A stretch of 64,000 nucleotides of DNA from Octopus vulgaris (Eukaryota): positions 97,278,001 to 97,342,000 of the forward strand of contig OX597816.1 in the NCBI GenBank assembly GCA_951406725.2, read 5' to 3'. Positions 14,733-27,138 of this stretch are shown in pieces; position 1 is the stretch's first letter, and the number at the start of each line of letters is the position of its first letter. The position numbers and the translations under genes are program-made. The notes under the pieces were generated by a model. It was not told the DNA's origin. It saw only the letters and a list, made by a program, of their open reading frames with translations, and did no database searches.

Positions 14733-14883
14733 GACGGGCTCCTTTCAGTTTCCGTCTACCAAGTCCACTCAGAAGCTTTTGTTGGTCAGATGCTATAGTA
14801 GAACACACTGTTCCAAAGTGTCACGCAGTGGGACTGAACCCGTAACTCTGTGGTTGGGAAGTAAGCGTCTTACCACACCACTA
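14478..14883 (-). mobile_element. SINE family A copy
   Basis: ctttcagtttccgtctaccaa...gcagtgggactgaacc...ttaccacac. Confidence 0.8.
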
Positions 14884-15241
14884 CACTTGACCCCACGTGT
14901 GTGTGTGTGTGATGTATATGGGTGTGTATGACAATGTACATATAAATGAGAAGTATAAGATATAGATGCAGGGAATCGTGAAGCTGTCACTGTAAGCTCC
15001 ACTTGTATTACGATAAACATACATATGATTGCAAACATGCTCGATTATTATCTTGCATACTGAAATTAACACTATATAAATCAAATTGCGAAACCGCCAT
15101 AATCATATGGAAATCACTGAGTTAAATGAATATGTATTAAATTCTCAAACATTTTGAATTTACGCGTATGTGTATATATATATACACACATAGATACATA
15201 CGTATATGCATACATACATATATATATGTATATATATGTAC

Positions 15242-15373
<132 letters not shown>

Positions 15374-16006
15374 ATATATATATACATATATATAACATTG
15401 CCAGGTGGAAGTGAGATCCAAACATGGACAACCTCTTGATATTTATTGTAAACAATGAAGGAAGATTCATAGAAAATCAATTAAGAAAGATAATACATCA
15501 TTATTTATTGTCACAATAAGAAAATATGCTTCCTTTTCATATTTTTATTTATGATGATACCGGAATATGTATTATTTGCGTTGTAAAATATTTCATATTT
15601 GCATATTACCGGATATATAAGCAATGGCTAAGAAGTTATTATTATTCCATGTTTACTTGTTTATAAACGGGAAACATGAAAAAGGAAAACGATATCACTT
15701 GTATATCATTCATATACAAGAGGATCTCACCGCAAATTCATCTATATTTGTAACCAAAATCCCAAACAAAGCTTTGGATCTATTGAAAATGACAGTAAAG
15801 GCTGAAAAAATTCCACTTTTAATGGAATTGTTGCTTTTATAGCCTATTCGCTTGATAAACCCAAGCACACACGCACACACACACACACACACACAGAGAA
15901 ATACGTGCAATATGTTTGTGTATACAAAGATACAAACATACACATACACGTATACACACACATTCCACATATACAATGTGTCTATGTATGAGATGTGTAT
16001 TGTTAC

Positions 16007-16039
<33 letters not shown>

Positions 16040-16507
16040 ATGTGTGTGCGTGTGTGTGAGTGTGTATATGTGTGTGTGTGTGTGTGTGGTATGTATTGCT
16101 AATGTGCATCTAAGTGTATGGTATGTATTGTTAGTACACACAGGGATGTATAGAGGTTACGGACCAAGCATGGTGGTCAGGAGAAGAAGAAGAAGAAGAT
16201 GACGATGTTGATGATGATGATGAAGAAGAAGAAGAAGAAGAAGGAGAAGGAGAAGATGATGATGATGATGATGGTGGTGATGATGATGACGACGACGATG
16301 ATGATAATGATGATGATGAAGAAGAAGAGGAAGAAGAAGAAAAAAACAGAGAAGGGAGAATATGAATGGGTGAAAGTAGTGAGGTGTTGTATGACTTGAA
16401 GTTGGCATGTTATGGAGTATAGCTGTGATTGGGGCTGATTAGTAATGGATTCTTTGGAATGTAATATTTGTGTGTGTATATTTCTTTTATTCTAAAGTTG
16501 AGGTATA

Positions 16508-17775
16508 TTAATTGTTTGTCGTAGACCCGTTAAGAAGTGGCCTGTATTTTGTAATAAAGAGAGTTTCTTTACTTATTCGTTGTCTCGAGGTTGTATCGTC
16601 CCTAAATTGGTAGAGGGGGAAAATCCTGAAGCTTGGTGTTTTTTTGTTGGCGCAAGTATCTATGTGTTGGCTAAAAGCTATTTTTCTGTTTTGGGGAATT
16701 TTTATCTGGGATCTGTGCAGGGCCATTCGTTTACGCAAACTATTTTTTGTTTGGCCTATGTACTGCTCTTGACACCCGGAGCAGGTTAGTGAGTATATTA
16801 GGTTCTCCGAAGCACATGTGAAGTTGCTTTTCACTGTAAACCGTTGTCCCTGTTTGAAGGAGAACTCTGATCCCTCAATTAGATAGTCGCATATCCCGCA
16901 ATTGGGTCTTCCAGAATTTTTTACTGTCGGCTTTTGTGTTGAAGAGTGAATTCGGGCTTGTGTTAGGAGACTTTTCATGGATTTAGGCTGTCTCTTGCTT
17001 CTTATGATCGTGTGTGTTTGGAGGATTGTGTTCATTCTGTGGTCTTTTTTTAGGAGGGGTATGTTGTGGAGGATGGTGCCGAAAGCTTCGTTATTGAGAG
17101 GGTTGTGTGTGGAGATGTATGGTAAGGCTTTTGGTTGTAAGTTTTTCTTTGATTTGGGGTGTCTCAGTTCCTTGATGTTAAGTTGAAGGGCACGTTGAAT
17201 GCACTTGTCAATAAGTGAAGGTGGATAGTTCCTGGTGATAAGGGTATCTTTTAGTTCTTGTAGTCGTGTGTCTCTGGTGTTTGCGTTAGAGACTATAGTG
17301 CATATCCTTTTTGCTAGATTGAAGGGGATATTCATCCTGGTGTGTCTGGGGTGGCATGAATTGAATGGAAGATATTGCTTAGAGTCTGTAGGCTTATAAT
17401 ATATGTCTGTTTCTATTATATTATTAGCTTTCTTAATGAGGATATCGAGGAAGGGGAGTTGTTGCTGGCTATATTCCATCGTGAATTGGATGTTTACGTC
17501 CAGTCCGTTTAAAATTTCCTGGAATTCTATGAGTTTTTCTATATATTTTATGCCAAAGAATGAAACAGTCATCTAGATATCTCTTCCAGTTGTTTTCTAT
17601 GTAGATGGAGAAAGGGCTGCCATATCTTTCTAGAACCTTACGATACAGACTGATCTCTATAAATTCTATGACTAGGTTGGCAAAGGAGGGGGCCATTCGT
17701 GTACCCATCGCAGTCCTCGATTTTTGTCGGTAGAAGTTGTCATTGAAGGCGAAGAAGTTATTTTCCAACACCTCA
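16508..17775 (-). pseudogene. Penelope-like (Neptune-type) RT + GIY-YIG endonuclease, 5'-truncated, one frameshift
   Basis: Motifs FYRQ..TAMGTRMAPSFANL, WKRYLDDCFILW, LPFLDILI, YYKPTDSKQYL..SCHP, Cys linker GRPNCGIC, and LIYSLTCSGCQEQYIGQT...RMALHR. Frameshift near 17555. Confidence 0.93.
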
Positions 17776-18487
17776 CTACTTTCACCCATTCATATTCTCC
17801 CTTCTCTGTTTTTTTTCTTCTTCTTCCTCTTCTTCTTCATCATCATCATTATCATCATCATCGTCGTCATCATCATCACCACCATCATCATCATCATCTT
17901 CTCCTTCTCCTTCTTCTTCCTCTTCTTCTTCTTCATCTTCTTCTTCTTCTTCTTCTTCTTCTTCTTCATCATCATCATCATCATCAACATCGTCATCTTC
18001 TTCTTCTTCTTCTTCTTCTTCTTCTTCTTCTTCTTCTTCTTCTTCTTCTACTTCTCCACCTTCTACCCCTTAACTTTGTCACTAATGTTTTTTAGTATAA
18101 CACCTACGCAAATTCCATAAACAAGCCTTTCAATAGAAATATTCTCCTGAATTGAACTGCGACTGCTAGCCGCCACTGACCATTCAAAATACGACCATCA
18201 GGGCACTCCCAGATTTTCCCACCCCCTTTCCTCATCAGCCTTCTTCTTCTTCTACCCTACCAAGAACTCACAACGACCTTCAACACACAAGTGCAAACAA
18301 GGGAGTCAGAGAAAGGCAGAATGCCACTTATATCTGAACACTACTATAGAAATATTCCTTTAAAAAAACTTTTCTTCTAATTTTTCTAAATTTAATTATT
18401 TAATCGTTACAGTTGAAAAGGTCTCAAAATGACCGAAACCGGTACTGAAATGTTCACTATAAAATTATTTTAGCATTTTCTATTTTT
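17767..18487 (+). repeat. Inverted copy of the PLE 3' terminal repeat (pLTR)
   Basis: 17767-~18010 is the near-exact reverse complement of ~16185-16390, including the compound TTC/TCA microsatellite. It continues to a hammerhead motif at 18405-18452. Confidence 0.8.
18405..18452 (+). ncRNA. Minimal type I hammerhead ribozyme, U3-A8 compensatory core variant
   Basis: cgttacag-TTGAAAA-ggtc tcaaaat gacc-GAAA-ccggt-A/ctgaaatg. Stem II is GGTC/GACC, stem III is the palindrome ACCGGT, the triplet is GUA, and stem I has 7 of 8 pairs. Confidence 0.72.
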
Positions 18488-18531
18488 GACTTGTTTTTTT
18501 CATATATATCAACTCATGTGTTCCTTTTCAC

Positions 18532-18579
<48 letters not shown>

Positions 18580-18586
<7 letters not shown>

Positions 18587-19720
18587 AATTTGGTTTTATC
18601 CCCTAACTCCAGCTGCTGTAGTCAACTCATCGAGTTTCTTGAGGACATCATCCGAGTTACTGATGGCGGCTTATGGGTAGATGCTGTCTACCTTGATTTT
18701 GCTAAACCCTTCAATCCTGTGCCACACAAACATCTTATGGTAAGACTCTCTGCAATGGGTATGAAGGATTATTTCTATAACTGGCTGAAGGCTTTCATTC
18801 TCGGTCGGAATGACGCAGTTACGCTTCTAGGACATCGTTCTTCACTCTGCAAGATGGCTTCTGATGTACCACAGGGATATGTTCTTGGACCCTTACTGTT
18901 TGCTACATATATTAATGATATAGATGCCCACTTGAGGAATATTACAGTGCTGAAATATGAAGATGACATCAAGCTGTACCTCAAATTAAAAAGATCAGAT
19001 CCTATGCGCTATTGATCTTTCCTGCAATCAGACCTGGATACAATGCAGCCATGGATCTCTGACTGACAACTCGAGCTTGCTGGCGATAAGTGCGTTACCA
19101 TGTATTTTGGGAAGAAAAATCCAGCCTTTACATTGTCCCTAAGCAATACCAATCTCAAGAAGTTTCTAGCGGACATGATCGGGGCATTATTGTAAACAAC
19201 GATCTGCGTTGGACAAACCACATCTCTATAATCATCAAGAAGGCTGAGCAGGGGGCTAGCATCACCGAGTTAGACATTTGTCAGCCGCTCCCAGCTATCT
19301 ATTTAAAATTGTATACGACAATGAAACGTCCACGCTTGGAATTTGCATCACCAGTCTGGAACTCCTATCTTCCTCAGCATATAAATCTCCTGGAAACTGT
19401 TCAGAAACGTGCAACCAAACAAATACCCACAAGATTATCTACCTTCTTTCCAACAACAACCATGGGCAACATTTTGAATTCCATGACAAACTTTCACGGA
19501 CATGCTTATAAAATCGAAAAACAACACAGCAACCATGACTTTCGGAAACATTTTTTCACGTTCAGAATTGCTGAAGCATGGAGTAAACCACCTGTCGAGA
19601 TGCTACATCCGCCGAGATGCTACATCTTTCAAAACTTCCATGCTTCCTGAAATCATCCAAAAGTACAACTGAAGGCCTATTTTTTGTAGTGCACGTGAGC
19701 ACTGTATACAACATTTTCCT
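18580..19720 (+). pseudogene. CR1/L2-group LINE reverse transcriptase remnant
   Basis: VDAVYLDFAKPFNPVPH, VPQGYVLGPLLFATYINDI, KYEDDIKLY, RPRLEFASPVWN, LLETVQKRATK, RKHFFTFRIAEAW; contains stops and frameshifts. Confidence 0.9.
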
Positions 19721-19733
19721 CCTTCATTATGTC

Positions 19734-19805
<72 letters not shown>

Positions 19806-19808
19806 ATG

Positions 19809-19860
<52 letters not shown>

Positions 19861-19861
<1 letters not shown>

Positions 19862-21740
19862 TTGCTGACGTACTCGGTATTTCCCGGAAAAGTGGGGCTT
19901 ATCCCTTGGTTCCGTTCTCATAATAGTTTTGCTAATCCAATAACAAAAATACAAAGTATGTAGCCGTTAAAACGAAATTGTTTTAGGAATTCTCAATAAG
20001 TTATGAATACCCAAGTTGTGAAGTCAGTTACATTGTAACACGAAATTAGATACCTGATAGTGAGAATTCAAATAAAGTTGCCCCGAAAAGGGCTTTAATG
20101 CATTCCCAGAGTATATAGAACTTAGGAGAAAAAACCAACAAGGTACGTCTATTAAGATCGTCAAACCTGTTACGTAATAACAGGCTAAACATATATATGA
20201 GATCATAACAATATGAATGTAGAAACAGACTGGCATTTAGTTTTACAGTAGACATAGAAATAAATTTGCATATAGATTTAAAAATAAAATATGTAGATTA
20301 TCAATACATTTACAACGCTTAGAAATATTTCAGTTAGATAATAAATACTTGAGAATTTAGTGAATCTTATTAAGTTTGCAGAGCTTCTTGATAAACAACA
20401 TTTTTGGTCTTTCCTTGTGGGGCATAAACAAACAAATGATTAAAATTGCCGACTCTTGAACACCCCACATAAAAGTTGGCCATGGGAGAAAACTGGTTCT
20501 GTAAGTTTCAGACCTACCACGTTTAAGGACTTCGCCTGAGTCTTGTTAATTCTTATTGCAAAGCTCAGTTTCAACGGGTATTGCAGGCGCTGGCATTGAA
20601 AAGGCATATCTGAGGGAATAAGTGGAATTCTAGGAATGAATACAGGCTCACCGATTACTTTACCAGTCAAAATTGTTGTTTCCAAGAGTGTTCGTATCAG
20701 TCGTGTGCCATTGAAATCTTCGGTGGATCGAGGTTTCGAATCAGCATAGTGGGTGCCCCAACCTTGAGGTGCAAGTTGTGAGGTGGGAGGACAATTGGTG
20801 TTAGAATATTCAAGAATTCAAATGGATAATTCACAGTTGTGGTCTGTAATCTGATTCCTCAGATACCATATGTCCAAAAGGCCAGCTTATCCGGCTATTC
20901 TTCTTACCAACCGGAGTGCCATTACCGACGTCTAACAGTTGATTTGAAAAGATTATGTCCGCATCATTACCACTGAGTTGCACTCTCATGCTGGTTGTGA
21001 GTCTTAGCTTTTGCACACTGTTCCATAGGTAGGACGACTTTATACTGGTATTTACTTCATCAGCTCTTGTCTCCTTAGGAATCACGGGAAGGGTTTATCG
21101 AAAGTCTCTTACAAGTAAGACTGTGGCATCGCCCATGAGCCTGGTGCTGTGTTTCAGATCCTGAAGGGCTATGTCAAGAGCTTCAAAGGAAGCCCTATGG
21201 CACATTGTCGCTTCATTCCAGATGATCAACCTGCATTCACCCAGAAGTTTGCCTTTTATAGAACTGATGTTGCAGTTTGATTTCTCTTTGTTGGACAGGT
21301 CCAAAGGGAGTTTGAAACAAGAATGAGCTGAACGGCCACCATTTAGCACAGTTGTAGCTATTCCACCTGACGTCACTACTATGGCGACGTGCTTTATTTG
21401 GCACAGGTTAGCCAGAAGAAGGTTTATGTCAAATGTTTTGCCAGTTCCACCTGTAGTATCCAGAAAGAAAATACTTTCCTTTCATTTTCAATGCACGACA
21501 TAATGGTGTTATGAACACCCAGTTGGTCTTCCTTCGGTTTCTGTTCATTATCAGCTATATACGCCATCGTTTCCTCAATGTCATAGCTGATTCCTCGCAG
21601 GTACTCAATTGCGAGATTTTCTGCTGCCTGGTAGACCAAATGTGGAATTGTCTTGACCTCCTATAGCTTGCACTCGAATGTCCAGGTCAAGTAATGCCTC
21701 GTTACAAATGGCGTCGTTGAACGTGGCAATTTCTTCTGAG
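19861..21740 (-). mobile_element. Helitron 3' portion with decayed Pif1-family helicase
   Basis: SGGIATTVLNGGRSAHSCFKLP, LIIWNEATM, FIPRIPLIPSD.PF...RLQYPLKLSFA, VGLKLTEPVFSHGQL. The minus-strand end ccgggaaataccgagtacgtcagcaag-T resembles a hairpin + CTAG terminus. Confidence 0.9.
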
Positions 21741-21744
21741 GTTT

Positions 21745-21801
21745 GTCCCCCCTCCCACTAGCACCGTTGGTGGAGGGACAAACACAGACGCAACTACACA
21801 C

Positions 21802-21860
<59 letters not shown>

Positions 21861-22010
21861 ACACATATATACGATGGGCTTCTTTCAGTTTCCGTCAAAC
21901 CAAATCCACTCACAAACCTTTGGTCGGTCCGAAGCTATAGCTGTAGACACTTGCCCAATGTGTCATTGAACCCCGAACCATGTGGTTAGGAAGCAATCTT
22001 CTTACAAAAC
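21745..22010 (-). mobile_element. SINE family A partial copy
   Basis: cttctttcagtttccgtc..caaatccactcaca..gacacttgccca..accatgtggtt. Confidence 0.78.
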
Positions 22011-22594
22011 AATTCTTTAGCATTACTTTACATAATTAGTCTTGAATTATAAATTTCTTCTATTATATATTACAATTTAACTGTATAGATAACCACTATT
22101 TCTTTCATCTAAACCTGCTTATAATATTTTTAACACCTTTAATTGAATTCACTCTCAAACTGTTTCTTTTATCTTTCCATCCTTCGATGTTGCTTTTATC
22201 TTGCTTTTTTTTTCTGTTCTTTCTTATCATTACCTTTTACTTTGAACCAAATCCGAAAATACCCTTCCCACGCATATCTAAATACTGCTTTACTTCATCG
22301 ATGTATAAATGAATTAAGGCCCAGCTTCATAAATTAATCTTATCAACTGATACACAGTAGCTTTTTCTTTCCTCTCTAGCCCTTTACCCTCTCTTCTATT
22401 TTCATGTAAGTGGATGATCTCCAATACACAAATACAGGGCTCCTTTTGCCAAAATTTCCGTAAATATTCAAGCTTCAACGTATTAATTTATTGGTTTAGT
22501 TATAAAGAAATGACTATGGATTACACACAATACGACTTAATACGGTATAACATATGTGTATCTTGATATAATCAACATTGTCAAAGGATTTGCT

Positions 22595-23097
<503 letters not shown>

Positions 23098-25822
23098 ATT
23101 ATTTAGCTCATATGTGATACCAGTAACCCAATTCTTTTACTTCTTATGCTATACACCGAAAACGTCCTCAATTTTCAGTTTGCATGATTTCGTAGTAAAT
23201 AAGTAGAATTTAATACTTCAGGTTTAAAATAATGGATGGTTGTGGTTTTCATCACTTTTTGCAATTATCTTTAAAAAAATACGAATTTGTTATTCATTTA
23301 TTCCAGAAAAAAATTGCAAAAATATTACAGGTGTCAAAATTTTGATAATTTTCAGAATTTTCAGCCAATCAGAAAACAGCTTGTTCGCTGCGTCTTCCAT
23401 CATCAGGGGTGGGGGCAACATCAGCATGTCAAAACAATGCTACTCCTCTTGAACACTCACACGCATACACACATGCACAGAGTTGAAGTGCTGATTTTTC
23501 TTTTCAGCGTTGAATGTTCACCATTCCACTTCCATTGCATACACATACACACATACGCACACACGCAATACACACACAAACTTTCAGATACCTCCCTTTT
23601 ACACACACACACACATACTCACACGGAGTTGAAACGCTCCCACCACCAGTTTGCCATCACCCATTCCTTATTCATCTATTACCCCTTCCTTTCTCATTCA
23701 TATGTTGTGACGGAGAAAAACACAAGAGTATTATTATAGTGAGAAGATTATCTCATGCCTCCTTCTCCTCCATGTGCGCATGCGCAGCATCTTTGGTTAC
23801 TATGGAAACAGAGCTTTTCGCCAAGGTGATGTGTAAGGCTAAAATACCAAAATTTTGAAAATTTGAAAGACTAATAAAATTTTAATATGGATTTATAGGA
23901 AAAATGAATTTCACTTTCATAATTATCATACAAAACTTAATAAAATTAAAAACAAGAATGGTAATAACAGAACAACGCGCTCTGTTTCTTTCCCCCTATT
24001 CCTTCCACCCTCTTTAATTCCTTCTCTCTCTCTCCTTCTTTCTCTCTCTCTCCTTCTTTCTCTCTCTCTCTACTCTCACGTGACCTGCTGATCAACTAGC
24101 CATTCCGCTGGTGACCGCTGCCGGTTCAACATTGTCTTCGTCCGCCGAAAAGGCATTTTTTCAAAACACGCCTGCTAGATAAGTTAAATTTGTCTAAAGT
24201 CGTAAGACACCTGCTGCTGTCCTGTTATTACCATTCTTGTTTTTAATTCTATTTTTGTTTTTTGTATTTATATTCGTGTGGATTCGTCCGTTTTTCTGTC
24301 CTTGTTTCGTTTACATTCGATCCTTTTTCCAAGAAATCTAATGCTCGCAGCTTAGTTTTTCATTGGGGCTGGCCGTTTCGGAGCAATATCAGGATTAATC
24401 AGCCGAAATTTGCTATGATGATCCGGTTCCTGACTGAAGATTAAAGCCTTCGAATGACCCGTCGATGCACAAAATACTCGATGCACAAGACCACATCACC
24501 GGGTGTGACGCTCGTTGCAGGTCTTGAGATCGCTCATCGTCTTCCATGCACGTTCGTTCTCCAGCTTTTGAGGCGCGTGTCCCACTCGTATAAGAAATTT
24601 ATATATTTATATATGTACACAAACATGTAGGAAGTAAATAGACACCTTTAACTTCGACACGCAACAATCGAACAATTCACCTTTAGATTTAGGTTTCTGT
24701 CGAGTTTTTCGTATAGCTCTATCTAGTATGCTCCAAAGATTTTCAATTGGGTTCATGTCAGGAGATTGGCTCGGCCAAGGAAGCTTTTTGATCCCATTTT
24801 CAGTCAACCAGTGTTGACCTTTTCGCTGTGTGGTATGGAGCCCCATCTTCCATAAATAAAAACTCATTTTACGTTATGTTATCGTGTCTCGACATCGGAA
24901 GTAGCCCTTGCTTAATTATTTCGATGTATATTTCAGAGTTTATGGTTCCAACACATTTGATCATCTCAGAATGACCATTGCTGGTGACAGCTCCCCATAC
25001 CATTACAGAGATACCGCCATGTTTCACAGTTGGTTGGAGTCATTTCAAATCAAATTCTTGATTGGGAAGCCTCCAGACCCAAACACGCCCACTGTCTAAA
25101 AATAATGCAAATCTGGATTCATCTGAGAAAATCACTCTATCCCAAAATGAACTGGATTTTTCTAACATCTCCTCAGCCCATTTCTTTCTCTTTTCATGTT
25201 ACTAAATGGAGGAAGGAGAGGCTTTCTTCTAGTTGTTCGTCCATAATACCCAAGATTATGCAGATATGTAACACACGTTCTTGGACTAACTTCGAGCTGT
25301 TTACAATGTCAGAAGCCATCGAACAGGGTTCGTTTTCCAAAATTCTCTTCAAACAGCGAAGCTTGCTTTCCGAGGGCCCAGGTCGGCCGGGACGAGAATC
25401 TGGTGATTATTTTCGTTGGTTTTTAAATTGCACTATAATTTTATTAACAGTAGCAAGAGGAATTTGAAGATTTTCGGCAATTTTTCGCTGGCTAAGACCA
25501 GCCTCAGTTTGCCCAAAAATATGACCCCTTTGAAAATCTGACATTTCTGCTGAATTTTTTGTGCGTGGCATGGTTACTCTTCGCAAATCTTTAATATAAT
25601 GGCACCTGGAATGAAAAAGAATAATTACATTGTAAATTCTACAATGCTAAAAACATATTAAGAGGGACTAAAGCCATCTGAATATGGCTAGGGACAGGGC
25701 AGGGTGGTGGGGGTGTTACTGTTGCATTTAGCCCCAGGCGAACATCGACGTCACCAGAAAGGCTCGACACCGTCACGGTGCCCTAAACCTGCAAAGGGAG
25801 GTAATTCCCCGATGAAGCGGAA

Positions 25823-25874
25823 ACCACACACGGACCATGGTTTCAAGGTGTATTGCCTATCATCGGCGTGTGGT
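25823..25874 (-). ncRNA. Type I hammerhead ribozyme (variant core), copy 1 of 5
   Basis: Exact reverse complement of the 26369-26420 motif; C17 corresponds to position 25833. Confidence 0.78.
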
Positions 25875-26180
25875 AGGCCTCCGCTTCCTCGACGAATTCT
25901 CACTATGCAGGATTTCTTATATAGATTTTCAAGCAAAATACATTTGCTGATTTCGAAAATCTGTTCGAAAGCAATAATAATTCTCTAAAAGGGATATAGA
26001 CAGTAACTGCTCGATAACATAAGGGACTAAAGCCATCTGAATATGGCTAGGGACAGGGCAGGGTGGTGGGGGTGTTACTGTTGCATTTAGCCCAGGCGAA
26101 CATCGACGTCACCAGAAAGGCTCGACACCGTCACGGTGCCCTAAACCTGCAAAGGGAGGTAATTCCCCGATGAAGCGGAA

Positions 26181-26232
26181 ACCACACACGGACCATGGTT
26201 TCAAGGTGTATTGCCTATCATCGGCGTGTGGT
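26181..26232 (-). ncRNA. Type I hammerhead ribozyme (variant core), copy 2 of 5
   Basis: Exact reverse complement of the 26369-26420 motif; C17 corresponds to position 26191. Confidence 0.78.
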
Positions 26233-26368
26233 AGGCCTCCGCTTCCTCGACGAATTCTCACTATGCAGGATTTCTTATACAGATTTTCGAAATCAGCAAA
26301 TGTATTTTGCTTGAAAATCTATATAAGAAATCCTGCATAGTGAGAATTCGTCGAGGAAGCGGAGGCCT

Positions 26369-26420
26369 ACCACACGCCGATGATAGGCAATACACCTTGA
26401 AACCATGGTCCGTGTGTGGT
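26369..26420 (+). ncRNA. Type I hammerhead ribozyme (variant core CCGAUGA), copy 3 of 5
   Basis: accacacg-CCGATGA-t agg caataca cct t-GAAA-ccatggt-C/cgtgtgtggt. Stem I is cacacg/cgtgtg, stem II is agg/cct, stem III is the palindrome ACCATGGT, and the GUC cleavage triplet ends at 26410. Confidence 0.78.
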
Positions 26421-26727
26421 TTCCGCTTCATCGGGGAATTACCTCCCTTTGCAGGTTTAGGGCACCGTGACGGTGTCGAGCCTTTCTGGTGACGTCGATG
26501 TTCGCCTGGGGCTAAATGCAACAGTAACACCCCCACCACCCTGCCCTGTCCCTAGCCATATTCAGATGGCTTTAGTCCCTTATGTTATCGAGCAGTTACT
26601 GTCTATATCCCTTTTAGAGAATTATTATTGCTTTCGAACAGATTTTCGAAATCAGCAAATGTATTTTGCTTGAAAATCTATATAAGAAATCCTGCATAGT
26701 GAGAATTCGTCGAGGAAGCGGAGGCCT

Positions 26728-26779
26728 ACCACACGCCGATGATAGGCAATACACCTTGAAACCATGGTCCGTGTGTGGT
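26728..26779 (+). ncRNA. Type I hammerhead ribozyme (variant core), copy 4 of 5
   Basis: Identical motif 359 bp downstream; predicted cleavage after 26769. Confidence 0.78.
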
Positions 26780-27086
26780 TTCCGCTTCATCGGGGAATTA
26801 CCTCCCTTTGCAGGTTTAGGGCACCGTGACGGTGTCGAGCCTTTCTGGTGACGTCGATGTTCGCCTGGGGCTAAATGCAACAGTAACACCCCTACCACCC
26901 TGCCCTGTCCCTAGCCATATTCAGATGGCTTTAGTCCCTTATGTTATCGAGCAGTTACTGTCTATATCCCTTTTAGAGAATTATTATTGCTTTCGAACAG
27001 ATTTTCGAAATCAGCAAATGTATTTTGCTTGAAAATCTATATAAGAAATCCTGCATAGTGAGAATTCGTCGAGGAAGCGGAGGCCT

Positions 27087-27138
27087 ACCACACGCCGATG
27101 ATAGGCAATACACCTTGAAACCATGGTCCGTGTGTGGT
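27087..27138 (+). ncRNA. Type I hammerhead ribozyme (variant core), copy 5 of 5
   Basis: Identical motif; predicted cleavage after 27128. Confidence 0.78.

Noticed and set aside
25806-25845. Second, opposite-polarity hammerhead (ccgatga-agcg-gaaa-cc) that would make the unit ambisense like a viroid
   Set aside because: It has no stem II and no convincing stem I. It is explained as the complement of the extended stem I of the real motif.
26000-26095. Twister, pistol or HDV-like ribozyme in the acagtaac...gttactgt domain
   Set aside because: The required loop and pseudoknot consensus could not be matched by eye, and the candidate loop is not conserved in the 51-kb homologue. An Rfam scan would be decisive.
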